Part shown: positions 47,603-55,643 of the stretch, piece after piece | How positions within the stretch are numbered: the first letter of the stretch is position 1 | Layout: each line of letters opens with the position of its first letter | Source: an uncultured Gammaproteobacteria bacterium | Lineage (GTDB): Bacteria > Patescibacteriota > Patescibacteriia > Magasanikbacterales > UBA922 | Direction: 5' to 3' | DNA length: 64,000 nt | NCBI GenBank assembly: GCA_964435035.1 | Contig: CAYSXR010000001.1 | Span: forward strand, 212,622-276,621 | Notes under the pieces: model-generated | Seen by the model: only the letters and a program-made list of their open reading frames with translations | Told to the model about the DNA's origin: nothing | Database searches by the model: none | Made by a program: the position numbers and the translations under genes

Positions 47603-48631
47603 ATGATAAAAGAAACTCCCATCTTTGAAAAAAAGAATGTCCTCATCACCGGTGGTGCAGGCTTCATCGGGTCGCATATGTGCGAGCGTATGCTCAAAGA
47701 AGCACATGTTATTTGCATGGATGATTTGTCTAATTCGAGTATCACAAATATTGAGCACTTACTTCAGTATCCTGATTTTGAATTTATTAAATATGATGTG
47801 ACACAGCCAATTGATCTCATGCAATTTCCTGAGCTTGAAAAGTTTCGAGTTCGATTTCAAGGGGTGCAGGAAATTTATCATTTTGCATGTCCAACGAGCC
47901 CTAAAAATTTTGAAGATTTAAAAATTCAATCACTGTGGGCAAATTCTCGAGCAATATTAAATACACTCGATCTAGCAGTAAAATATCGAGCAAAATATCT
48001 TTTTGGATCAAGCTCTGTGGTGTATGGGGAGCCTACAACTGAAGATCATGTGTTTGGTGAAGATGAAGAAGGAATTGTACATCATCTTTCTCCACGAGGA
48101 TGCTACGATGAGGGAAAAAGGTTTGCTGAAACTTGTATTCAGACCTACATACAGGTATATGGACTAGATGCAAAAATCGCACGTATTTTTACGACCTATG
48201 GACCTCGTATGAAACTTCGGGATGGGTTACTTATTCCAGATTTTATTTTGAGTGCTCTAAGCGGGGAAGATTTGGTGATTTATGGTGATAGCACCCTTCA
48301 TCAGTCTCTCTGTTATATTTCTGATATGGTCGATGGGCTTGTCCGACTCATGAATACTGGTCCTGAACTATCGCTCGTAAATTTGGGTCATGATGAACCT
48401 CATCGAATGGGGGATGTGGCACAAAAGATTATTGGAATGACTCGATCAACGTCTTCAATACGCTACGAAAATCCATTGGTATTTTTGACAAAAAAAGGAA
48501 TTCCAGACCTTCGTCGAGCAAAAGAAAATCTTGATTGGATTCCATTGGTGAGACTTGAAGATGGTTTGAAGCGAACTATTGATTATACACTCGCACACAA
48601 AGAATCTCTTGATTTTAATTCAATTGGCTGA
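47603..48631 (+). CDS. UDP-glucuronate decarboxylase-like SDR (divergent UXS paralog)
   Basis: ITGGAGFIGSHM, GSSSVVYGEP, CYDEGKR and FTTYGPRM motifs. There is an insertion (GEDEEGIVHHLSP) relative to the copy at 40745. Confidence 0.6.
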   Translation: MIKETPIFEKKNVLITGGAGFIGSHMCERMLKEAHVICMDDLSNSSITNIEHLLQYPDFEFIKYDVTQPIDLMQFPELEKFRVRFQGVQEIYHFACPTSPKNFEDLKIQSLWANSRAILNTLDLAVKYRAKYLFGSSSVVYGEPTTEDHVFGEDEEGIVHHLSPRGCYDEGKRFAETCIQTYIQVYGLDAKIARIFTTYGPRMKLRDGLLIPDFILSALSGEDLVIYGDSTLHQSLCYISDMVDGLVRLMNTGPELSLVNLGHDEPHRMGDVAQKIIGMTRSTSSIRYENPLVFLTKKGIPDLRRAKENLDWIPLVRLEDGLKRTIDYTLAHKESLDFNSIG

Positions 48632-48637
48632 GTATGT

Positions 48638-49294
48638 ATGTTGATTGCGATTGTACCGGCTTACAATGAGTCGAGCATGATTAGAGGTGTTGTCAAAAGT
48701 TTATTACCTCATGTAGACAAGGTGGTGGTTGTTGATGATGCGTCAACCGATGATACGGCAATGCATGCTCGAGCTGTGGGAGCAATGGTGCTTACCCATC
48801 CAATTAATTTAGGTCAAGGAGCTGCACTTGAAACAGGTCAGTCTTATGCGCGTATGATACATGCGGATAGTGTGCTTCATTTTGATGGTGATGGTCAGTT
48901 TGATACAGCAGATATTGTTCAGGCAAAAAAAATACTTGAGGAAGGGGTAGATGTAGTGCTTGGTTCACGATTTCTTGGAGTTTCTTCACACATACCATGG
49001 TTTAAAAGAAAAATTATTTTACCCATTGCTCGCTTGGTGAATTATCTATTTACGGGCATCAAATTGACGGATGCTCACAATGGGTTTAGAATGCTTGGTC
49101 GAAGAGGTCTGGAGCATATTAAAATTACACACAATCGCATGTCGCATGCGACGGAAATTTTGTCACTTCTCAAAAAAAACAACCTTATATACAAAGAGAT
49201 CCCTGTTAGGGTAACCTACCATGAATACGGGCAAAAAGTGTCAGGAGGGCTTACCATTATTAAAGATTTGATTATTGGAAAAATTATAAAATAA
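48638..49294 (+). CDS. GT2 polyprenyl-phosphate glycosyltransferase (GtrB-like, soluble)
   Basis: IAIVPAYNESSMI...VVDDASTDDT and HFDGDGQFD motifs. Confidence 0.7.
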   Translation: MLIAIVPAYNESSMIRGVVKSLLPHVDKVVVVDDASTDDTAMHARAVGAMVLTHPINLGQGAALETGQSYARMIHADSVLHFDGDGQFDTADIVQAKKILEEGVDVVLGSRFLGVSSHIPWFKRKIILPIARLVNYLFTGIKLTDAHNGFRMLGRRGLEHIKITHNRMSHATEILSLLKKNNLIYKEIPVRVTYHEYGQKVSGGLTIIKDLIIGKIIK

Positions 49295-49300
49295 ATTGCT

Positions 49301-49642
49301 ATGCGAATTATATTTCAACTTGCGATCGCTTTTTTGTCACTTGCTGCAATTATCAGCGTTCTTCGTAGAAAAAAAGAACATTTATTAGGTCCGCTTGGAG
49401 CTTTATTTTGGATTATTTTCTGGATTGCATTGATAAGTATTGTATCACTTCCTACCTCAGTTCTGGATCGATTTTCTCAGTTTATCGGTATTGGACGTGG
49501 TGTTGATTTGGTGATGTATGTATCAATCGCGATTTTATTTTTTGTAGTATTCAAGCTCTACATAAGAATTGAAAGCATGAGGCGAGATATGACTGAGATT
49601 GCACGAAAAAAAACCATAGATTCTATAAGTGAACATACATAA
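49301..49642 (+). CDS. Small 4-TM membrane protein (DUF2304-like, commonly paired with GtrB-like GT2)
   Basis: 113 aa with hydrophobic helices and a basic C-terminus, directly downstream of the GT2 gene. Confidence 0.45.
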   Translation: MRIIFQLAIAFLSLAAIISVLRRKKEHLLGPLGALFWIIFWIALISIVSLPTSVLDRFSQFIGIGRGVDLVMYVSIAILFFVVFKLYIRIESMRRDMTEIARKKTIDSISEHT

Positions 49643-49653
49643 GGATCCTACAT

Positions 49654-50820
49654 ATGAAAATTGCCCATATTGTATCCACGTATCCGCCCTATTACGGGGG
49701 TATGGGTAATGTAGTGTTTGAAACTGCAAGTAGATTGTCAGGTCGTGGGCATACGATCGAAGTATTCACTCCCGAATACAAAAGAGATGGTCAAAGTGAT
49801 GAAGAAAAAAGCGCGATAGAAGATCGGGAAGATTTTGGTAGAAGGCTTAAGTCTCCGATTGCCTATGGTAATGCTGCGTATCTTCCTGAATTGCGACAAG
49901 AACTTGATTCATTTGATCTGGTACATTTACATTATCCTTTTTTTGGATCGGCTGGCTTAGTTTCTCGTTGGAAAAAAAGAAATCCACATAAACCATTGGT
50001 TGTGACGTATCACATGGATACACGGGCGAGTGGACTAAAAGGATTATTTTTCAAATTATATGCTGAATGGTTTATGCCAAGCATTCTCACTTCGGCTGAT
50101 GCTTTGATTGCAAGCTCATTTGACTATGTGAAAGTAAGTGATGCACGAGACATCTATACTAAGCATCATGAAAAATGGATTGAACTTCCCTTTGGTGTTG
50201 ATACCAAGAGATTCCAGCCGCGGGAAAAACCACTTTTTTTGTTTGATCGGTATAATGTGGATCCTACATTGCCGACAGTTATTTTTGTAGGAGGTATGGA
50301 CAGAGCTCACTATTTCAAGGGTGTCCCGGTGCTTCTACGTGCGCTTGCACTGTGTAGGAGTCAAAATATACCTCTACAGGCAGTGCTAGTTGGGGAAGGG
50401 GATGTTCGTCATGAGTATGAATTAATTGCTCGCTCGCTTGGATTATTAGAGTCAGTACGCTTTGTGGGGAAAGTAAGTCATGAGGAGCTACCACTTCACT
50501 ATGCTATGGGGGATGTATGTGTACTCCCTTCTACAACGGTTGGCGAAGCTTTTGGTATGGTACTACTTGAAGCAATGGCAACAGGCATTCCTGTACTTGC
50601 GAGTGATTTGCCAGGGGTGAGAAAAATAGCACTTGATGGAGGCGAGGTGTGCGTGCCCGGGAGCGCTCATGATCTTTCTGAAATGCTTAGTAATTTCTTT
50701 TCTTCTGAAACTGATAGAGTGGGTATGGGTAAAAAGGCGCGACAGGTTGTTGAGGAAAAATATGACTGGGAAACAGTGATCGAAACTCTGGAAAAAGAGT
50801 ATCAGAAGCTTGTTGCATAG
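49654..50820 (+). CDS. GT4-family glycosyltransferase
   Basis: GT-B fold. The EX7E region is GEAFGMVLLEAMATGIPVLASDLPGV. Confidence 0.7.
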   Translation: MKIAHIVSTYPPYYGGMGNVVFETASRLSGRGHTIEVFTPEYKRDGQSDEEKSAIEDREDFGRRLKSPIAYGNAAYLPELRQELDSFDLVHLHYPFFGSAGLVSRWKKRNPHKPLVVTYHMDTRASGLKGLFFKLYAEWFMPSILTSADALIASSFDYVKVSDARDIYTKHHEKWIELPFGVDTKRFQPREKPLFLFDRYNVDPTLPTVIFVGGMDRAHYFKGVPVLLRALALCRSQNIPLQAVLVGEGDVRHEYELIARSLGLLESVRFVGKVSHEELPLHYAMGDVCVLPSTTVGEAFGMVLLEAMATGIPVLASDLPGVRKIALDGGEVCVPGSAHDLSEMLSNFFSSETDRVGMGKKARQVVEEKYDWETVIETLEKEYQKLVA

Positions 50821-50881
50821 AGAATAATTTGTATGGTATACTGCTGGCATACCCCTTTGTTTGGGTTAACGAATATATCAT

Positions 50882-51190
50882 ATGGGAACATTTAAAAAAG
50901 GATTATTTTTTGGTGGACTTTTGGGTGCTGGAATCATGTGGTTGAATACTACTAAAAAAGGTAAGGAACTGAGAGACAGTGTCCTTGACTATGCTGCTGA
51001 TGTGTTTGAAGAAGTAAAGAAAAAAATCACTTCTTCAAAACAATGGGAGAAACTAACAAAAAATGAATATGTTAGAACTGTGGAAGAAGTGGTAAATAAT
51101 TATGCAGTCGAACATGATCTTTCAGATAAAGTAAGGGATGTGGTGGAAAAAGTAGTGAAAGCACAATGGAAAAAAATAAAAGATGTGTAA
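50882..51190 (+). CDS. YtxH-like small membrane-anchored protein
   Basis: N-terminal Gly-rich TM (GLFFGGLLGAGIMW) followed by a charged helical region. Confidence 0.35.
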   Translation: MGTFKKGLFFGGLLGAGIMWLNTTKKGKELRDSVLDYAADVFEEVKKKITSSKQWEKLTKNEYVRTVEEVVNNYAVEHDLSDKVRDVVEKVVKAQWKKIKDV

Positions 51191-51220
51191 TTTAATATTT
51201 ATTTAGTTTGTTTGTAGACT

Positions 51221-51655
51221 ATGATGAAAAGAAACATTATTATCGTGTTAGTAACTTTATTATTTCTTGCTTCGTCTGGAACAGGAGTATATTTTTATAT
51301 GCAATGGAAAAAGGCAATTACCGTGCCTTCTGCAGCAGAAGAAATAAAAGAGGTAACTTCAGTGCTAGCTGGTTTCATGGAACTTCCGGAGGGTGAAGAG
51401 CCAACCATTGCAACTGTGGTTGATCGGGAAAAATTGCAGGATCAACCCTTTTTCATTAATGCACAGAATGGTGATAAAGTAATCATTTATACCAATGCTA
51501 GAAAAGCAATTCTGTACAGACCGGAAACCAAAAAAGTAGTCGAAGTTGCTCCTATATTTTTTGATGAGAAAACAACACCGACCGAAGAAACCGCTCCTGC
51601 ACCTGCTCCAGTTATTACCCCAACTCCTTCTGAAACAGTCCCTGTAGTTCAATAA
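51221..51655 (+). CDS. Membrane-anchored protein with Pro/Thr-rich C-terminus (tandem paralog 1)
   Basis: N-terminal TM. The central region (ELPEGEEPTIATVVDREKLQDQPFF...GDKVIIY...KAILYRPETKKVVEVAPIFF) is about 60% identical to the next ORF. Confidence 0.45.
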   Translation: MMKRNIIIVLVTLLFLASSGTGVYFYMQWKKAITVPSAAEEIKEVTSVLAGFMELPEGEEPTIATVVDREKLQDQPFFINAQNGDKVIIYTNARKAILYRPETKKVVEVAPIFFDEKTTPTEETAPAPAPVITPTPSETVPVVQ

Positions 51656-51664
51656 GATGATTAT

Positions 51665-52351
51665 ATGTTGAGACGATCAGTGGTGACAGTCATTTTGAGT
51701 ATTCTTTTGATCGGTTCTCTTGGTGCATCCGGGTATTTTTATATGAAATGGAAAAACGCTACAATGGTGGTTGTTCCAAATCCTGAAGAAGAACTCGAGG
51801 AAGTGAGGGAAATTACTACGGTAGTCAGTATGTTTATGGAACTTCCGAAAGATGAAGAGCCAACTCTTGCAACCGTGGTTGATCGAGAAAAACTTAGAAA
51901 TCAGTCATTTTTCAATAATGCGGAAAATGGCGATAAAGTGTTGATTTATTCCATTGCCCAAAAAGCAATTTTATATCGACCATCTACTAAAAAAGTCATT
52001 GAAATAGCACCAATTTACTTTAATAAAGAGCAGCTTGAACAAGTACAGGCTCCCACAGCACCCATACCTGAAGAAATTCGCATAGTAAAAATTGCCTATT
52101 ATAATGGTGGTGGAATTACGGGGCGAGCGGGTGCAACAGAGATCAAAATAAAACAAGGCTTCACTAATACAGAAACAGTTACGATTGCTAATGCAAAAGG
52201 AAAGTATAAGAGCACTATTGTCGTTGATATCAATGGAAATATGGCAGTAGAAGCCGACGGTATTGCTAAGTTACTTGGGGGTCAGGTACAAGTACTCCCT
52301 CCAGGTGAAGAGAAGCCTGATGCTGATCTATTGATCATCGTAGGTGAGTAG
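51665..52351 (+). CDS. Membrane-anchored protein with C-terminal LytR_C-like domain (tandem paralog 2)
   Basis: Same N-terminal module as 51221. In addition it has a C-terminal IRIVKIAYYNGGGITGRAGATE...IVVDINGNMAVEADGIAKLLGGQVQVL segment resembling LytR_C. Confidence 0.45.
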   Translation: MLRRSVVTVILSILLIGSLGASGYFYMKWKNATMVVVPNPEEELEEVREITTVVSMFMELPKDEEPTLATVVDREKLRNQSFFNNAENGDKVLIYSIAQKAILYRPSTKKVIEIAPIYFNKEQLEQVQAPTAPIPEEIRIVKIAYYNGGGITGRAGATEIKIKQGFTNTETVTIANAKGKYKSTIVVDINGNMAVEADGIAKLLGGQVQVLPPGEEKPDADLLIIVGE

Positions 52352-52378
52352 AGGTACACGAGGTTGAAATAATAAAAT

Positions 52379-52406
52379 AATCCCGACTCAGTCGGGATTA
52401 TTTTTT
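52379..52406 (+). terminator. Rho-independent terminator
   Basis: AATCCCGAC-TCA-GTCGGGATT hairpin followed by ATTTTTTAT. Confidence 0.7.
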
Positions 52407-52486
52407 ATGTTTTATTAGTAACATATGTATCAGTCGATATTGAGAAAGTTATTAGAGTATGTCTATTTCTAGGTTTTGGGCTAGAT

Positions 52487-52496
52487 GTGGTAAAAT
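52487..52496 (+). promoter_or_regulatory. Candidate extended -10 promoter (TGG-TAAAAT) for pilT
   Basis: TGgTAAAAT lies about 30 nt upstream of the pilT ATG. No good -35 element was found. Confidence 0.3.
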
Positions 52497-52526
52497 ACAT
52501 CCAATCGTTACTATTATACACACCGT

Positions 52527-53561
52527 ATGAAACCTCTAAGTTATTATTTTGACCATGCAATCAAACAAGGAGCCTCAGACCTTCATCTTGTTGCACACGA
52601 AAGACCAGTAATTAGAGTACAGGGAGAGCTTGTGTCTATTGCTGATGTGGTACTCGGAGAAAAAGAGCTTGAAACAGCGGTATTAGCGATTCTTGATTCT
52701 TCAGAAAAGAAACGATTTGATGTAGAACATGATTTGGATTTTGGTTATACCTATAAGCAGGTGCGTTTTCGTATCAATATTCATCGACAGGAAGAATCAA
52801 TGGGACTTTCTGCACGTCTCGTTCCAACAGATATCCCGACAGCAGAAACCTTGCGGTTTGAAGAGCCTGTGTATGAGGCAACGAAATTGATTGATGGATT
52901 AGTTTTGGTGGTTGGTCCTACGGGAAACGGAAAATCAACAACGATTGCTCGAATGGTTGAAGAAATCAATACGTCGCGTAATGCACATATTATCACGATC
53001 GAAGATCCAATTGAATTTGTATTTGAAAGTAAAAAAAGTCTTATCGAGCAGCGAGAATTGGGAGGGGATACGCCATCTTTTGCTTCTGCTTTGAAACATG
53101 TCTTGCGTCAGGATCCTAATATTATTATGGTAGGTGAAATGCGCGATCCAGAAACTATTGCGACAGCACTCACTGCTGCAGAAACAGGGCACGTGGTGTT
53201 TTCCACACTTCACACGTCGAGTGCTGCAGAAGCAATTGAACGTATTGTTGATGTATTTGAAGGACCAAAACAAAAACAGGTATTAATCCAGCTTTCAAGC
53301 GTGCTTCGCTTTGTTATTGCACAACAATTGCTTCCAGGTGTAAATAATGCACGCATTGTGGCGAGAGAAATTTTGGTAAATACTCCTGCTGTTGCTAATT
53401 TGATTCGAGAGAATAATATTGCACAGATGGCAAGTGCAATTCAGACTGGTGCAAAAAATGGAATGATTACTATGGAACAGTCAGTAAAATTGTTGTATAA
53501 AGAAGGGTTAATCAGTGAAGAGACTGCGAGCAATCGTATGGGAAGAGATAGGCGTATTTAA
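52527..53561 (+). CDS. pilT: Type IV pilus retraction ATPase PilT
   Basis: Walker A GPTGNGKST, Walker B/Asp box IIMVGEMRD and the conserved His box TLHT. Length 344 aa. Confidence 0.85.
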   Translation: MKPLSYYFDHAIKQGASDLHLVAHERPVIRVQGELVSIADVVLGEKELETAVLAILDSSEKKRFDVEHDLDFGYTYKQVRFRINIHRQEESMGLSARLVPTDIPTAETLRFEEPVYEATKLIDGLVLVVGPTGNGKSTTIARMVEEINTSRNAHIITIEDPIEFVFESKKSLIEQRELGGDTPSFASALKHVLRQDPNIIMVGEMRDPETIATALTAAETGHVVFSTLHTSSAAEAIERIVDVFEGPKQKQVLIQLSSVLRFVIAQQLLPGVNNARIVAREILVNTPAVANLIRENNIAQMASAIQTGAKNGMITMEQSVKLLYKEGLISEETASNRMGRDRRI

Positions 53562-53575
53562 AAGAATTAACCCAT

Positions 53576-55402
53576 TTGTTAGTTTTTAAAGTTAATCGTA
53601 GCTTCATGCCACGTACTCACCGTGTGCGTCGAGTAGCACGCCATGATGTGCGCTCTCCGCATATCGACAATGAAGATTCAGAAAAATATCGCATACGGAT
53701 AGTTAAGCTTATTTTTTTGTTTTTAACTTCTATCGTGAGTGTGCGGCTTTTCATGATTATGATTATGCAGCATGGATTATATACAGCGCTTGCATCTAAT
53801 TCTCATGAGGTGTTTGCTGAACTTACACCTGAACGTGGACTGCTCTATCTGGAAAATAAAGATGGAAAGTTAACACCTCTTGCACTCAATCGAGATAAAT
53901 TTATTGTTTTTGCAGACACGAGAGGTTACGCTGATCCTAAAACATCGCTAGAGGTGGCAGAGGAGCTCGCATTGTTTTTTGGCTATGAGGATGAGCGAAA
54001 ATTTGAGGTATTAGAGCAGCTTCAAAAACCAAATGATGGATATGAGCAAATAGAAAAAAATATTGATGAAGACTTAAAAGCTCGACTTGAAGAACTAAAA
54101 CTACCTGGAATTCATTTTACTCGTTTTCGGGAACGTTACTACCCCGAAGGAGTACTTGCGGCATCGGTGGTGGGATTTGTAGGAAAAAATGAAAAGGGTG
54201 AGTCTGTGGGGAGATATGGAATTGAAGGGTATTGGGATGAGGTGATAGGAGGTGCCGGAGGAGTACTTGAGGGAATCAGAAGTGCGACAGGGGCATGGAT
54301 TCCGCTTGCAGGTAGGTCTTTTGAACAAGCTGTTGATGGGGCTAATCTGGTACTTACTCTTGATCGAACTGTCCAGTACGAAGTCTGTGAACGTCTGAGA
54401 GAGGCAGTTGCTACATATGGGGCTCAGTCTGGGTCGATCGTTATTATGGATCCAATGACAGGTTCTCTCACTGCCGTGTGTTCGGTACCTGATTTTAATC
54501 CCAATGAGTATGGTAAAGTGGAGAATATTTCAGTGTATAATAATCTTTCAATTTTTGAAGCATATGAGCCTGGATCGGTGTTCAAGCCAATCACTATGGC
54601 AGCAGCATTGGATACGGGAGATGTACAGCCAGATGATTATTTTTATGATTCAGGGAGTGTTGATGCTAATTGTACTAAGCCAATTCAGAATGCGGATAAT
54701 CGAAGTTATAAAGATCAAGATATGTCTGGAATTCTTGAACATTCGATTAATACCGGTGTAGTGTATATTGTAAAAAAAATAGGTAAAGAAGATTTTAGAA
54801 ATTATGTAGAAAAATTTGGATTTGGTACCAAAACAGGGATCGAGCTTGATACTGAGGTGGCAGGGACAATTGCGGCGTTATCAAAAAACAAAGGAGACTC
54901 GATCGACTGCTATACAGCGACCGCCTCATTTGGACAAGGAATCACGGTGACTCCATTGCAAATGGTAACTGCATTTTCAGCGCTTGCAAATGGTGGAAAA
55001 CTAATGAAGCCCTACATTGTGAAGCGTATTGAATATGCAAACGGAAAAGTAGATGAAGTTCATCCTATCGAAGTGAGGCAAGTAATAAATAAACATACTG
55101 CTGATACGGTGGCAGCGATGATGGTACGAGTGGTAGATTTTAGTGAAGGTAAGCGTGGACAAGTGCCGGGGTATTATATCGCAGGTAAAACAGGTACAGC
55201 ACAAATTGCAGGTCCCGGAGGATATAGTGCAGAGACGAATCACTCATTTATTGGATTTGGCCCCGTAGACAATCCTAGGTTTGTAACGTTGATAAGACTG
55301 GAAAAACCACAGCGTTCATACGCAAATATTACGGCTGCACCACTGTTTGCTGAGATCACGAAATTTCTCATGTCCTACTATCATATTCCGCCTGAACGAT
55401 AG
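53576..55402 (+). CDS. Penicillin-binding protein 2 / FtsI-type peptidoglycan transpeptidase
   Basis: N-terminal TM anchor, dimerisation domain, and transpeptidase motifs SVFK (SxxK), SIN (SxN) and KTGTA (KTG). Confidence 0.8.
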   Translation: MLVFKVNRSFMPRTHRVRRVARHDVRSPHIDNEDSEKYRIRIVKLIFLFLTSIVSVRLFMIMIMQHGLYTALASNSHEVFAELTPERGLLYLENKDGKLTPLALNRDKFIVFADTRGYADPKTSLEVAEELALFFGYEDERKFEVLEQLQKPNDGYEQIEKNIDEDLKARLEELKLPGIHFTRFRERYYPEGVLAASVVGFVGKNEKGESVGRYGIEGYWDEVIGGAGGVLEGIRSATGAWIPLAGRSFEQAVDGANLVLTLDRTVQYEVCERLREAVATYGAQSGSIVIMDPMTGSLTAVCSVPDFNPNEYGKVENISVYNNLSIFEAYEPGSVFKPITMAAALDTGDVQPDDYFYDSGSVDANCTKPIQNADNRSYKDQDMSGILEHSINTGVVYIVKKIGKEDFRNYVEKFGFGTKTGIELDTEVAGTIAALSKNKGDSIDCYTATASFGQGITVTPLQMVTAFSALANGGKLMKPYIVKRIEYANGKVDEVHPIEVRQVINKHTADTVAAMMVRVVDFSEGKRGQVPGYYIAGKTGTAQIAGPGGYSAETNHSFIGFGPVDNPRFVTLIRLEKPQRSYANITAAPLFAEITKFLMSYYHIPPER

Positions 55403-55411
55403 GAATTTTAC

Positions 55412-55440
55412 GTTGACAAAGAAGGGGGGATTGGGTATAG
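55412..55440 (+). promoter_or_regulatory. Consensus sigma-70 promoter TTGACA-N17-TATAGT upstream of tRNA-Glu
   Basis: Hexamers read from the sequence. Spacer is 17 nt. It lies 130 nt upstream of the tRNA. Confidence 0.5.
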
Positions 55441-55487
55441 TATGGCTCGTTCTTGAAGGCGGAAAAGGCTTGAAATGCCTAAAAGGC

Positions 55488-55523
55488 TAAATTAGAATAA
55501 TTAGGTTAATTAGAGTAATTAGA
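55488..55523. repeat. Four tandem 9-bp repeats TAATTAGNN (AATTAG at 55489, 55498, 55507 and 55516)
   Basis: Exact 9-bp periodicity, read directly from the sequence. Located between the promoter and the tRNA. Confidence 0.5.
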
Positions 55524-55570
55524 AATTTGTATTATTGCTTTTTTGTTCCTTGTCACTTGTTAGTTAATAT

Positions 55571-55643
55571 GGCCCGTTCGTCTAGTGGCTAGGACGCTAG
55601 GTTCTCATCCTAGTAACAGGGGTCCGATTCCCCTACGGGCTAC
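55571..55643 (+). tRNA. tRNA-Glu (anticodon CUC)
   Basis: Hand-folded cloverleaf. Acceptor stem GGCCCGT/ACGGGCT, D-arm GTCT/GGAC, anticodon stem CTAGG/CCTAG with loop TTCTCAT (anticodon CTC), T-arm AGGGG-TCCGATT-CCCCT, discriminator A. A 3' CCA is not encoded (the sequence reads CCCA). Confidence 0.75.

Noticed and set aside
55488-55523. Short tandem repeats considered as a possible CRISPR array
   Set aside because: The repeat is only 9 bp with no spacers of CRISPR size, and there are no cas genes. No CRISPR array is evident anywhere in the window.
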